Assembly: GCA_017455665.1 (NCBI GenBank)
Contig: JAFSZN010000115.1
Span: 1-62,294, forward strand
Length of the DNA: 62,294 nt
Source of the DNA: Lentisphaeria bacterium
GTDB lineage: Bacteria > Verrucomicrobiota > Lentisphaeria > Victivallales > UBA1829
Direction: 5' to 3'
Below are positions 18,344-26,700 of the stretch, piece after piece; position 1 is the stretch's first letter; each line of letters starts with the position of its first letter. The position numbers and the translations under genes are program-made. The notes beneath the pieces were generated by a model, which saw only the letters and a program-made list of their open reading frames with translations, made no database searches and was not told the DNA's origin.

Positions 18344-18941
18344 TGATGAAGAACTCCGACCAGTTCCGCCCGTTGCTTTGCGCGTCGACGTTGGCCAGCA
18401 CGAAGCGGAGCGTGTAGGACGCAATATCCGCAGCACTCATGCCGTTGTCTTTCGCGAAATCCATCATCATTTTGCTGTTGAAATAAGACGGCAAATCTTC
18501 GCGGGTCTTGTGAACGACGGCACACGCCTCGTCCACGAGGTCCCAGAAATCTTTCTTGACGTCATTCCAGCGCGCGATTCCTTCGGGCGGGTCAGACTGG
18601 CCGGGCTTGCGGATTGCATTCTTGACGGCGAGGATGTGAGCGGTTTTTGTGTGGTCGAATTCCATATCCGCCTGTGCTTCCGCCGAGCCGTAGAAGAATT
18701 CACGGACTTCCTTGTAGCTCTGCCGGACGCACTTATCGAAATCGCTGGTGTCCTGCCCCGTGTAGCGCACGGGGACGCGGAAGAAGCGGAAAGACGTTGC
18801 TTCCTCGCGCTGGACTTCCCGGACGAACATCGGGATGAAGAGCGTGTTGCCCTCGCGGACGATTTCCGGCATGGTGTCGGATTCGGTTTCAGGGAGATGC
18901 TTCGTCTGCATTCCTGCGGGGATGGTGTCGTTCATGTGCAT
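18336..18941 (-). CDS. hypothetical protein translationally coupled to the DGR RT (201 aa)
   Basis: Start MHMNDT (rc cat 18939-18941) with a GGAGG RBS inside the RT 3' end. Overlaps the RT stop (18932-18934) by 10 nt. Confidence 0.55.
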   Translation of the reverse strand: MHMNDTIPAGMQTKHLPETESDTMPEIVREGNTLFIPMFVREVQREEATSFRFFRVPVRYTGQDTSDFDKCVRQSYKEVREFFYGSAEAQADMEFDHTKTAHILAVKNAIRKPGQSDPPEGIARWNDVKKDFWDLVDEACAVVHKTREDLPSYFNSKMMMDFAKDNGMSAADIASYTLRFVLANVDAQSNGRNWSEFFIND

Positions 18942-19969
18942 GGTAATACCTCCAGTTGGTGAATTGGTTTGTCGAAGAAGGAATACCAGAACCGTTTCGA
19001 CCGGGAAATCCATTTCACGATTCCCCAATAGCTCGAAAGCGTCGCCCGGTTTCTGGCGGTTGGTTTTTCTTTGTATCGAGTTACCGCACGGCGAAAACGC
19101 CGTTCGGTTGTCCTGCGGAGAAAGATGCAAGTTCGGGTGAAGACGTAGCCCAAGAAATCTATGCCGCCGCGCTCAATGGGATATACCTGTTCGGCTGCTT
19201 TGAGTTTCAGGCCGAGTTTGGCGAGGTATTCCCGCGCGTAGGCGGCAAAGTCTTTCATTTTCTGTTTCGCCTTGTCCTTGATTCCTACTGCGAGCGCAAC
19301 AAGGTCGTCAAGGTATCTGTGATAACCCTTGATGTGGAACTTTTCTTTCGCGGCATGGTCAAGGCGGGTCAGGTGCAGATTCGCCAGCAGCGGACTGATC
19401 GCGTTTCCGATGGGAATCCCGCGCGGAAAACTGTCGATGATGCGGAACATAAGCCGCTGTGTCTTCCGCTCCTTGATAGCCCAGACGATATCATCTTTCA
19501 GCGGTTCGTGCTGGATGCTGTCGTAGAAATGATATACGTCGTCCTTTTTGACGTAGCAGGCGGAATCTGCCGGGACGCGGGAAAGGAAATCACGAAGACG
19601 GCGAACGCCGTCATGTGTTCCCCGCCGCTTGATGGATGCGTAGGTGTCGCGAATGAATTTCTTCTGGATTTTCTTTCCGAGCGTCCGAAGAATCGCGTGT
19701 TGCACTACGGAATCTTCATGTACCGGGGAATAGTAAATCTCGCGCCGTTTGCCGCGCTCGATGCGAACCATTCTCCGGTACGGGTGCATAGTCCAAGTTT
19801 CCGCCGCAAGTTCATCGTGAAGCCGTTGAAGATTCTCTTCAAGATGCTCCTCGTACTCGTTGGCGGCTTTTCTCCGATGCGGTTTCTTTGCGCGTTTAAC
19901 CTCAAAATGTGCCGCGCGCAGATTATCCACGGAGATTATGTCCTCGAAAATGTACCCGATTCGTTTCAT
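18932..19969 (-). CDS. diversity-generating retroelement reverse transcriptase
   Basis: 345 aa. RT motifs include KRREIYYSPVHEDSVVQHAI, TYASIKRRGTH, GIPIGNAISPLLANLHL, RYLDDLV and FLGYVF. Lies 118 nt downstream of a TR that has a matching VR. Confidence 0.9.
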   Translation of the reverse strand: MKRIGYIFEDIISVDNLRAAHFEVKRAKKPHRRKAANEYEEHLEENLQRLHDELAAETWTMHPYRRMVRIERGKRREIYYSPVHEDSVVQHAILRTLGKKIQKKFIRDTYASIKRRGTHDGVRRLRDFLSRVPADSACYVKKDDVYHFYDSIQHEPLKDDIVWAIKERKTQRLMFRIIDSFPRGIPIGNAISPLLANLHLTRLDHAAKEKFHIKGYHRYLDDLVALAVGIKDKAKQKMKDFAAYAREYLAKLGLKLKAAEQVYPIERGGIDFLGYVFTRTCIFLRRTTERRFRRAVTRYKEKPTARNRATLSSYWGIVKWISRSKRFWYSFFDKPIHQLEVLPCT

Positions 19970-20086
19970 TGTTTTGCCTGTGCGTAAGTTCGCCCAACTT
20001 ATTCCAGCGAGGTACTAAAGTTTTAGCGGGCCACCTCAATCCACCTGTATCGACGGTGCAGGGTGACGAACTCCAATCTGTCTTGT

Positions 20087-20210
20087 GTAGCCAGCCGGGC
20101 CCCGATGTTCGCGTTCGAGTTCGACAACGCGTTGTTGACGTTCGCGTAGCCCACGCCATCGTTAGCCCCGTTGTTAGCGTTCCCACCGAAGTAAACGACA
20201 CGCGCACCGG
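20087..20210 (-). repeat. DGR template repeat (TR)
   Basis: 124 nt, matching VR at 109/124 positions. All 15 mismatches are A on the coding (minus) strand of TR. Conceptual translation is Asn(AAY)-rich: GGNANNGANDGVGYANVNNALSNSNANIGARLA. Confidence 0.92.
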
Positions 20211-20233
20211 AACCGGCTGAAGTTCGCTCCCCG

Positions 20234-20264
20234 CCCTGCATCCCGCTTAGAGCGGAATGCAGGG
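20234..20264. other. strong hairpin between the target-gene stop and TR
   Basis: CCCTGCATCCCGC - TTAG - AGCGGAATGCAGGG, a ~13-bp stem with one mismatch. No T-run follows on the coding strand. Confidence 0.6.
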
Positions 20265-20316
20265 ATTTCGTGTTTCGCTTTTCGTTTCTCGCCCCTTTCG
20301 CCCCTTTCGCCCCACG

Positions 20317-21885
20317 TTATTCGTTTTCGCCGGACGCAGCCAGCCGGGCCCCGATGCCCGCGTGCGAGAGCGACAACGCGTAGTTGACGCCCGCGTAGCC
20401 CACGCCATCGGCAGCCCCGGTGCCAGCGTGCCCACCGAAGTAAACGACACGCGCACCGGCGTTAGCATCATTGTACACATAATCACCGAAATAAGTGTCC
20501 GCTCCGCCGCCAATCGTAATGGCAAAGAAGCTGTCCGTGTCGAACGTCTTGATGTAGCCCGCCGCTTTCGGCCAAGCGTGGTTGACCCACGCGTAGGAGT
20601 TACCCGTGTAGCCACGGGACGGGAACTTTTCGCCCTGCTGCCATGCGCCCATGTCGCTGTCGCAGTTGGAATAGATGCTGATGTCGTTGGTTGTCCAGTA
20701 GCCCGACTGCGAATAATCGTCCGCGGTCGCGTTCTGGTACTTCTGGCATCCGTCCGCAAATTCCCACTGTGCCGCCCACGGATTTTCAAGGCCGCGCCAG
20801 TTGAACGCCACGACGCGGCTTCCGCTGTTGTTCCAAATACTTCCGCCGTCCTTCATGGTGAGAAGGTCGAGGTCAAGCCCCGTTTCTTCCGTCTCGTCTG
20901 CGGTGACTTCGCCGTTTTGAAGCCCGAATGTTGCCGCGCGTCCGGTCTTGCGGAGCGAAGCGTAATCCCATGCGGAGCAGTTCGCGAAGCCGAAGGAAAT
21001 GGCCGCCTGACTGTTGAGATTGCCGCCGTCAATGGCGACCATGAGCGTCAGCCATTCGCGGAAAAGCATGTTCGTCAGGTTGCCGTGATTGTTCCCCGCC
21101 GCCGTGCGGAACGTTGCGCGGGTCATGGATCCTGCCGGGCGGTAGCCCATAATGGAGCGGAGACGGTCGCCGGAAGCAAACGAAACCGGGGTGCTTTCCG
21201 CGCTCTGCGTCTTCGGGGTTCCGGTCGAATCCGTCAGGACGCCTTTGAACATGCCGACGTACTGAACTTGCGCCGTCGCGCCGCCGCTTCCCGTGAAGAA
21301 CCACGGATGCGGAGCGGAATCAACGAACTGTTCGTTCGAAACGAGCCAGACGACAGGATTGTGGCCGCTTCCGTCCGTGTAGGTGTCCTTGCGCCAATAG
21401 GTGATCGGGATTCTCAACATGAAGTCCACGAGCGTCGTGCCGCCGCCGCTTTCCGTCCAGATTCCTTTCTTCTCGTTCTCGGTCAGCGCGGTGCCGTCCG
21501 CCTTGTGTGTGCTGTCGGAGACATCGAGGAAGCATTTATTCACGCCGTTTTCAAGGTCGCGGAGAACGCCTTGAAACGCATGCGCCGGGGTCTGCGCGAA
21601 ACTGTCGACTGCGTGATACCGCAGCGCGGTTGATGCTCCGGCGAAGTCGTAGGCGTGGTTCAACACGACTTTCGTGCCAGCCGTCGCCGTTGTTGCAAGG
21701 TCGAAGTCCAGCCCGTACACATACGCGCTTTCCTGCGATCTGTTGTGAAGCGGAACGCCGCCCTGTGTCGCGCCGTCGCCATAGTAAAGGGCTTTTTCGT
21801 CCTTATCGTAAAGGACCTCACCCGCCAGCGGGATTCCCGCCTTGCGGTCTTCGGATGTTGCTTTGGGTACTCCCCACTTTGCCAT
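20317..21885 (-). CDS. DGR target: Mtd-like receptor-binding tail fibre protein with C-terminal variable region
   Basis: The N-terminus AGEVLYDKDEKALYYGDGATQGGVPL resembles the Mtd_N/fibre motif. The C-terminus ARVVYFGGHAGTGAADGVGYAGVNYALSLSHAGIGARLA is the VR, a C-type-lectin-fold style VR ending 17 nt before the stop. Confidence 0.88.
   Translation of the reverse strand: MAKWGVPKATSEDRKAGIPLAGEVLYDKDEKALYYGDGATQGGVPLHNRSQESAYVYGLDFDLATTATAGTKVVLNHAYDFAGASTALRYHAVDSFAQTPAHAFQGVLRDLENGVNKCFLDVSDSTHKADGTALTENEKKGIWTESGGGTTLVDFMLRIPITYWRKDTYTDGSGHNPVVWLVSNEQFVDSAPHPWFFTGSGGATAQVQYVGMFKGVLTDSTGTPKTQSAESTPVSFASGDRLRSIMGYRPAGSMTRATFRTAAGNNHGNLTNMLFREWLTLMVAIDGGNLNSQAAISFGFANCSAWDYASLRKTGRAATFGLQNGEVTADETEETGLDLDLLTMKDGGSIWNNSGSRVVAFNWRGLENPWAAQWEFADGCQKYQNATADDYSQSGYWTTNDISIYSNCDSDMGAWQQGEKFPSRGYTGNSYAWVNHAWPKAAGYIKTFDTDSFFAITIGGGADTYFGDYVYNDANAGARVVYFGGHAGTGAADGVGYAGVNYALSLSHAGIGARLAASGENE
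20336..20459 (-). repeat. DGR variable repeat (VR)
   Basis: Offset +249 nt from TR. It differs from TR only opposite TR plus-strand T positions 20088, 20108, 20109, 20115, 20120, 20121, 20133, 20141, 20142, 20162, 20163, 20171, 20174, 20175 and 20181. Confidence 0.92.
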
Positions 21886-21925
21886 TTTTGCACCTCTTAT
21901 GTTGAGTTTTTGAGTTGGTTTTCTG

Positions 21926-22174
21926 TTATGCCGAGGCCGTCCACGCGCCGAACATCACGGTGTTGCCATCGTCCCAATCCGTCCAGTCGTTGCAGATGTA
22001 GGAACCCATGAGGATTTCCCCGCCCGCCTGAATGATTTGAACGGCCTCTTCCAGTGCAGTCAGACGCGCTTTCGCGCTGCTGATTTCCCCGGTCACGCCG
22101 AGGTATTCCATTTGATTCATTACGGTTTCATTCAGGATAAAATCCCGAATCGGAACCACGTCGCCCGTTGCCAT
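21926..22174 (-). CDS. hypothetical tail-associated protein (82 aa)
   Basis: ORF in the fibre gene cluster on the same strand. Confidence 0.45.
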   Translation of the reverse strand: MATGDVVPIRDFILNETVMNQMEYLGVTGEISSAKARLTALEEAVQIIQAGGEILMGSYICNDWTDWDDGNTVMFGAWTASA

Positions 22175-22175
22175 G

Positions 22176-22421
22176 TTACACCCCCGCGTTCAGGATTCTG
22201 TCGCTGCCGTAAGTCAGCGTCGTCCGGTCTGCCCAGTTGCCGACCGCCCAAGTGATCGTGTGCGTATTGTTGTCGATTTTCTGGATGACGCACGGATCAT
22301 TGTAATCCCCGCGGAGATAGGTCACGCCGGGCGTGGATGTGCTGTCCCACTCCACGGCGATGAACTTGTCCGCGCCGTAGTTGATGCTGTCCGGCGTCCG
22401 TCCGAATTTGTCTTTTTGCAT
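22176..22421 (-). CDS. hypothetical tail-associated protein (81 aa)
   Basis: ORF in the fibre gene cluster, 1 nt from the next gene. Confidence 0.45.
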   Translation of the reverse strand: MQKDKFGRTPDSINYGADKFIAVEWDSTSTPGVTYLRGDYNDPCVIQKIDNNTHTITWAVGNWADRTTLTYGSDRILNAGV

Positions 22422-22446
22422 GGTTGTTGTCTCCTATGTTGGATGG

Positions 22447-23658
22447 TTAATCGAGGTCGTCGTAGGGGAAAGGCGGCGCGGTCAGACTTACGCTGTGGTC
22501 GAATTTTACAAGGACCTCGCCCACCCAATCCCCGGATAGCGAATACACCTTGAAATCTGCCCCCATTGGAACCGGAAGGATTTGAGTTGCACCACGGAGA
22601 CAGCCAGAGCCACCGCCGCCCGCGGATTGCACATCAAACAAAGCGATTTCAACCCCGCCGATGGAACACCTTAAACAATCCAGTCCGTTCGCGGATGCGT
22701 TTTTGAGAGAGACGCGCAAATAGCCGTTATCCATTGCATAATACTTTGAACCGGAGCCAAGATTTGTTGTGGATGTAATCGTTGAAGTATTATTGCCCGC
22801 GCTGAAAATATAGTTATAGGCCGCGCCTGTTAGGCTTCCGTAATTCGGAAACTGCATCCCACCACCGCCGCCCGCGGATGCGACAGCGGAATCAATGACC
22901 TGTTGTTTCGTTGCGCCCTCCAACTTTGACGCGGATGTTGCACTGTTCACCGTGGAACTGCTTGCGGACGCGAGAAGTTGCGCTTTCGTTGCACCGCCTA
23001 CACGCGTCGCGCTCGTTGCGTACGTTGCGCTGTTCACCGTGGAACTGCTTGCGGACGCGAGAATCTGCGCTTTGGTTGCGCCGCCGAGATACTGCGCGCT
23101 CGTTGCAAAGGTCGCGCTTCGCACGACAAAATTGCTGTCGAGTGCTTCGGCATAGCCAGCCGATTCTACCCAAGTAATCGCGCCGCCACCGCCGCCACCG
23201 CCGCCCATGCCGGAAATGATGTCGCGGATGGAATCCAATGGCGTCAGCGTCCCGGACTGGCCGTAGGGGATTTTATAGCACAGTTTCACGGTTTCGTGAA
23301 GTTGCTGGATGGCTGCCGTGTTCTGGTCAAGTTGCGTTTCCAGCGATTCGCTCGGAATCTTTCCGAAGTTCGGCAGGGCTACGCGCTGCGCCGGGACCAC
23401 GGAACGGATGATGGTGAGTTTCCCGTTCGCGGGCTGTTCGGTCAGCAGGGTAATCCGCGCGCCGTTCTCGTAGTCCGTTGTGCCGGGTTTCAGGCCGACA
23501 GAAAAATCCGTCCCGCTGTTCAGCTGGTATTCCGTACTGGTGTCCGGGTCAAAGACGTAACAGGACACATCGGCGGGGTCGAAGATTTTTACGCCGAAAT
23601 CAAACACGGTATCCGTGCCGATTACGAACTGCTCTTTTACGATTGGGGATTCTAACAT
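22447..23658 (-). CDS. tail fibre protein with 29-aa Ser/Ala/Thr repeats
   Basis: 403 aa. Contains a GGGGGG linker and the repeats ATKAQILASASSSTVNSATYATSATRVGG / ATKAQLLASASSSTVNSATSASKLEG (87-nt DNA period, about 22925-23100). GGAG RBS upstream. Confidence 0.7.
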   Translation of the reverse strand: MLESPIVKEQFVIGTDTVFDFGVKIFDPADVSCYVFDPDTSTEYQLNSGTDFSVGLKPGTTDYENGARITLLTEQPANGKLTIIRSVVPAQRVALPNFGKIPSESLETQLDQNTAAIQQLHETVKLCYKIPYGQSGTLTPLDSIRDIISGMGGGGGGGGAITWVESAGYAEALDSNFVVRSATFATSAQYLGGATKAQILASASSSTVNSATYATSATRVGGATKAQLLASASSSTVNSATSASKLEGATKQQVIDSAVASAGGGGGMQFPNYGSLTGAAYNYIFSAGNNTSTITSTTNLGSGSKYYAMDNGYLRVSLKNASANGLDCLRCSIGGVEIALFDVQSAGGGGSGCLRGATQILPVPMGADFKVYSLSGDWVGEVLVKFDHSVSLTAPPFPYDDLD

Positions 23659-23683
23659 GTTTTCTTCTCCGGTTGTTGTGGTT

Positions 23684-23692
23684 AATATAGCA
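23684..23692 (-). promoter_or_regulatory. candidate extended -10 element TGCTATATT
   Basis: The rc of AATATAGCA, about 26 nt upstream of the fibre ATG (23658) and just after the giant-gene stop. Confidence 0.3.
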
Positions 23693-23703
23693 TGTTGCGC
23701 GCG

Positions 23704-26700
23704 TCATTTATTTCCGCCGTTTTCCTCGTCTCTGTTGAAGAGTTTCCAGATGCGTTTCCCCTGCGTCGCAAGGGCGGAAACCGCCGTCCCGATAGGTCCG
23801 GCCGGCGCGTACCATGCGCCGATTGCCATGCCGATGTCTCCGGCTGCCTTGATGCCGTCCATAGCCTCGTCCGCCGTGATTTCATCGTCTCCGGCCAGTT
23901 CGATAAGGTTGGAAACATCCCGCTCGATATCCTCGGCCAGCGGCACGGCGTTGAACGTGGACTTCACGCTGGACTTGCCGCGGATGATTTTGTCGGCGGC
24001 GATATTGACCAGTTTGTTTGCCAGCTGGAAATACAGGACGCCGCTTTCAAACGGGCCGAACAGCCACGCGATAAAGTAGTCCTCGATTTCCGCATCATCG
24101 AACACGTCAAGCCCGTACCGGAGCATATCCGTGACGAACTGCATCATGGTCGGGACTACGATGTGGTTCACGAGCAGCTGCCGCGCCAGTTTCTTCTTGG
24201 CCGCCGCCTTGTCCTCTCCGTATTTGAGTTCCCGGAGCGTCCGAAGTTCGAGGTTCATAAGCTGGATGGGATTCGCGCGGAACGCCGTGAGATACCGGAT
24301 TAAGCCCTGATTCTGCTGGAAATAGTTCAGGTCTTTCAGATACCCGCTTTGCTGTGTCTCGTCCGTTGCCCGCATCCATGCCCGGCGCGCTGCGCGCTCT
24401 GCCTCGGTTTCATTAAGGCCGCGCTGCTTCGCCTGTTCCTTCGCGTACTGGTAGACGGCATATCCGCCGTGAAGCGCGCTCCACACGTCCGCCGCTTTGG
24501 TTCCCCATGTGGAAGCCGCCAGAATCGCGTCCATCATCGGGCTGTACTGCTTGCTGTCTTTGGCGTCGCTCAACATGTAAATCAGATCGCGGTCGAGGCC
24601 GCCAGCTTTGCGGTTCTTGATGTAGTCGGAATCTTTCGCCCAGCGCACGAACTCGCGGAAATCCTTGTTCGTAAAATTCGCTTTAGAAAGGTTTTTCACG
24701 AACGGGATAATCGGCACATCGTTTGTGTAGGACAGGACGCCGAGGCCCTGCTTGATGATGCTGGAAAGGTTGACCGCGATTTTCGCCGGGACCCAATAGC
24801 GGTACAGTTCGTTGAAGATGTACTTGTTGTACCACTCGGACGAAATCATCTGTCCGCCGCGCGCCAGCGTCCCGATTTGCTCCACGATTTCCCGCGTCAC
24901 GTCCTTCCCGAAGTTGTCGTTGATTGCTTTCTGGACGCGCTGGTTGCCGTACACTTCCCGGAGTTGCCGGATGGTGTCGGACCACGCGAGGAAATGTGCC
25001 TGACCGATTTGGTTGTTGAAGAACGTCGTGAACGCATCCGCATCCATATCCAGCGGTTTCAGGTGGAATCTGCGCGCAATAAGGAAACTCGGATTTATGG
25101 TCATCATGCCCGCGCCGCGCGGCCCGCTGGTCGGTTCGTTGGCCATGCTTCCACGGAACACGCCCGGCCAGTAGTTCGGATTCTTCGGCAGATGCGCGCC
25201 GTATCGGTTGTAGACTTCCGCATCCAGAGCGTCGCGGTTCTTCGCGATATAGTCGCGCATCCATTCTCCCAACTTCTTCGTCTCCGGTTTCAGGAACTTT
25301 TTAATCTGCTCAATGCTTTCTTCCGTCCAGCCGTTCCAGAGCATGTTCGGGCGGAAATCTTCCTGTTCCCACGTCAGTAGGATTTGAAGCGCGGAGCCTT
25401 GTGAAAGCGGGACTTCCACCTTCGCCGCGCTCTCGTTCGCTGCGTGGCTTAGGAGCATGATTTTGTACGTCCCTTCTTCCTCTTGCAGTTTGTTATAGGC
25501 TTCCTGATCGCCTTTATCCGTGAAGACTTCATAAGTGCGCTTGATTCCGGCGTCATAGTCTTCCAGCTGCTTCCGCAGGAAGAAAACACCTGTTTCGTCC
25601 AACAGCAGTTCGCGCGTCCCGCCGAGTTTGGTGGGAATAAGCGCGGGTTCGCCGTTCTCGATTGCCCGCAGGATGCTACGCGCGCCCGGCATCTTCTGGC
25701 CCATGTATTCGTAATCATCCACAGGGACCATTTCGCGGACGACCTTGCGCCGCTGTCCTTCCGTAACGGCGGCCTCGTCCACCTTGACAATGCGGGAATA
25801 CTCCGTTTTGAAAACTCCGGTCTTCTTCGTAACGGTCTTCATTTCGCGGAGCAGTTTTCCCTTCTTCCGCATCTTGGCCAGAACGTTTCCGGTCACCCCG
25901 GCGTAGTCTTCCAGCGCGGCGTCAAAGTCGTTTTGAAGCCGTCTTGTGCTGGTCTGTTCCGTCTGGGTGCTGTCCTCGATTCGGTTCCAGAGTTTTCCCG
26001 CATAACTGTCGTCAAAGTCCTGTATGGATTTCCCGGACGCGATCCGCATCAAGTTCGAAAGCGAGGATGTTTTCAGCATGTAGGTCAGATGATTCTTCGC
26101 GTCCGAGTTGTCGGGAACATAGTTTTTCCCGAAAGTCGCGTCATCAATCGCCTGTCTGCGAAGTTTCTCCGCCTCGGCAAACCGCGCGCCCAACTGTGTT
26201 TTTAGGTCGATTTTGCCTTTCTTGATAAGGTTTTTCAGCATGTTTTCTGCTGTCTTCACCTGTTCGACCGGGAGATAAGGCAGATTCCCGAACATTTCCA
26301 GAAGCGCGTTGTCCTCGGTGTGCTGCTTGATTTCCGCCTCGATATCCGCGCGGTCCTCGTCAGCGGAAAGGCTGTCAAGTTGCATTTCCAGCGCGGCGAT
26401 TCGCTCGTTGTTGTAGTCCACGGCGTTCGCAACCGTCGCAGGATTCATGTCGACGATTTTGCGGATACGGTCAACGTGCGCCTGTTCGCTCGGAATGATG
26501 CTCACCGGAATACCCTTCCAGTTCCGTTTCATCTTCGCGGCGTCCAGCATTTCCCGGATGTTCTCGATGCTCGTTTCCGCGCGCTTCTTCTTGCTCGCCG
26601 TCAGGATGTCGTCCATGAGTTTGTGATACATGGCCAGACGCTTCCCTTCGGGGTATTTCTTGGTCGGGCTGGTCCCGTATTCCAGCAGCCGCACGATGCC

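Noticed and set aside
17999-18941. One of the ORFs downstream of the RT as the DGR accessory protein Avd
   Set aside because: Neither the 201-aa nor the 114-aa product looks like a small, basic, all-helical Avd. I kept this as an open question under the findings rather than annotating an Avd.
18932-19969. The RT as a retron, Abi or DRT-type defence reverse transcriptase
   Set aside because: An adjacent TR/VR pair with exclusively adenine-specific mismatches, plus a fibre target, fits a DGR. No msr/msd-like inverted repeats or effector fusion were seen.
20023-20241. 72-aa ORF (MQGGERTSAGSGARVVYFGGNANNGAND...) on the minus strand
   Set aside because: It coincides with the DGR template repeat. 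Its Asn-rich translation reflects the AAY-rich TR copy of the fibre C-terminus, not an independent gene.
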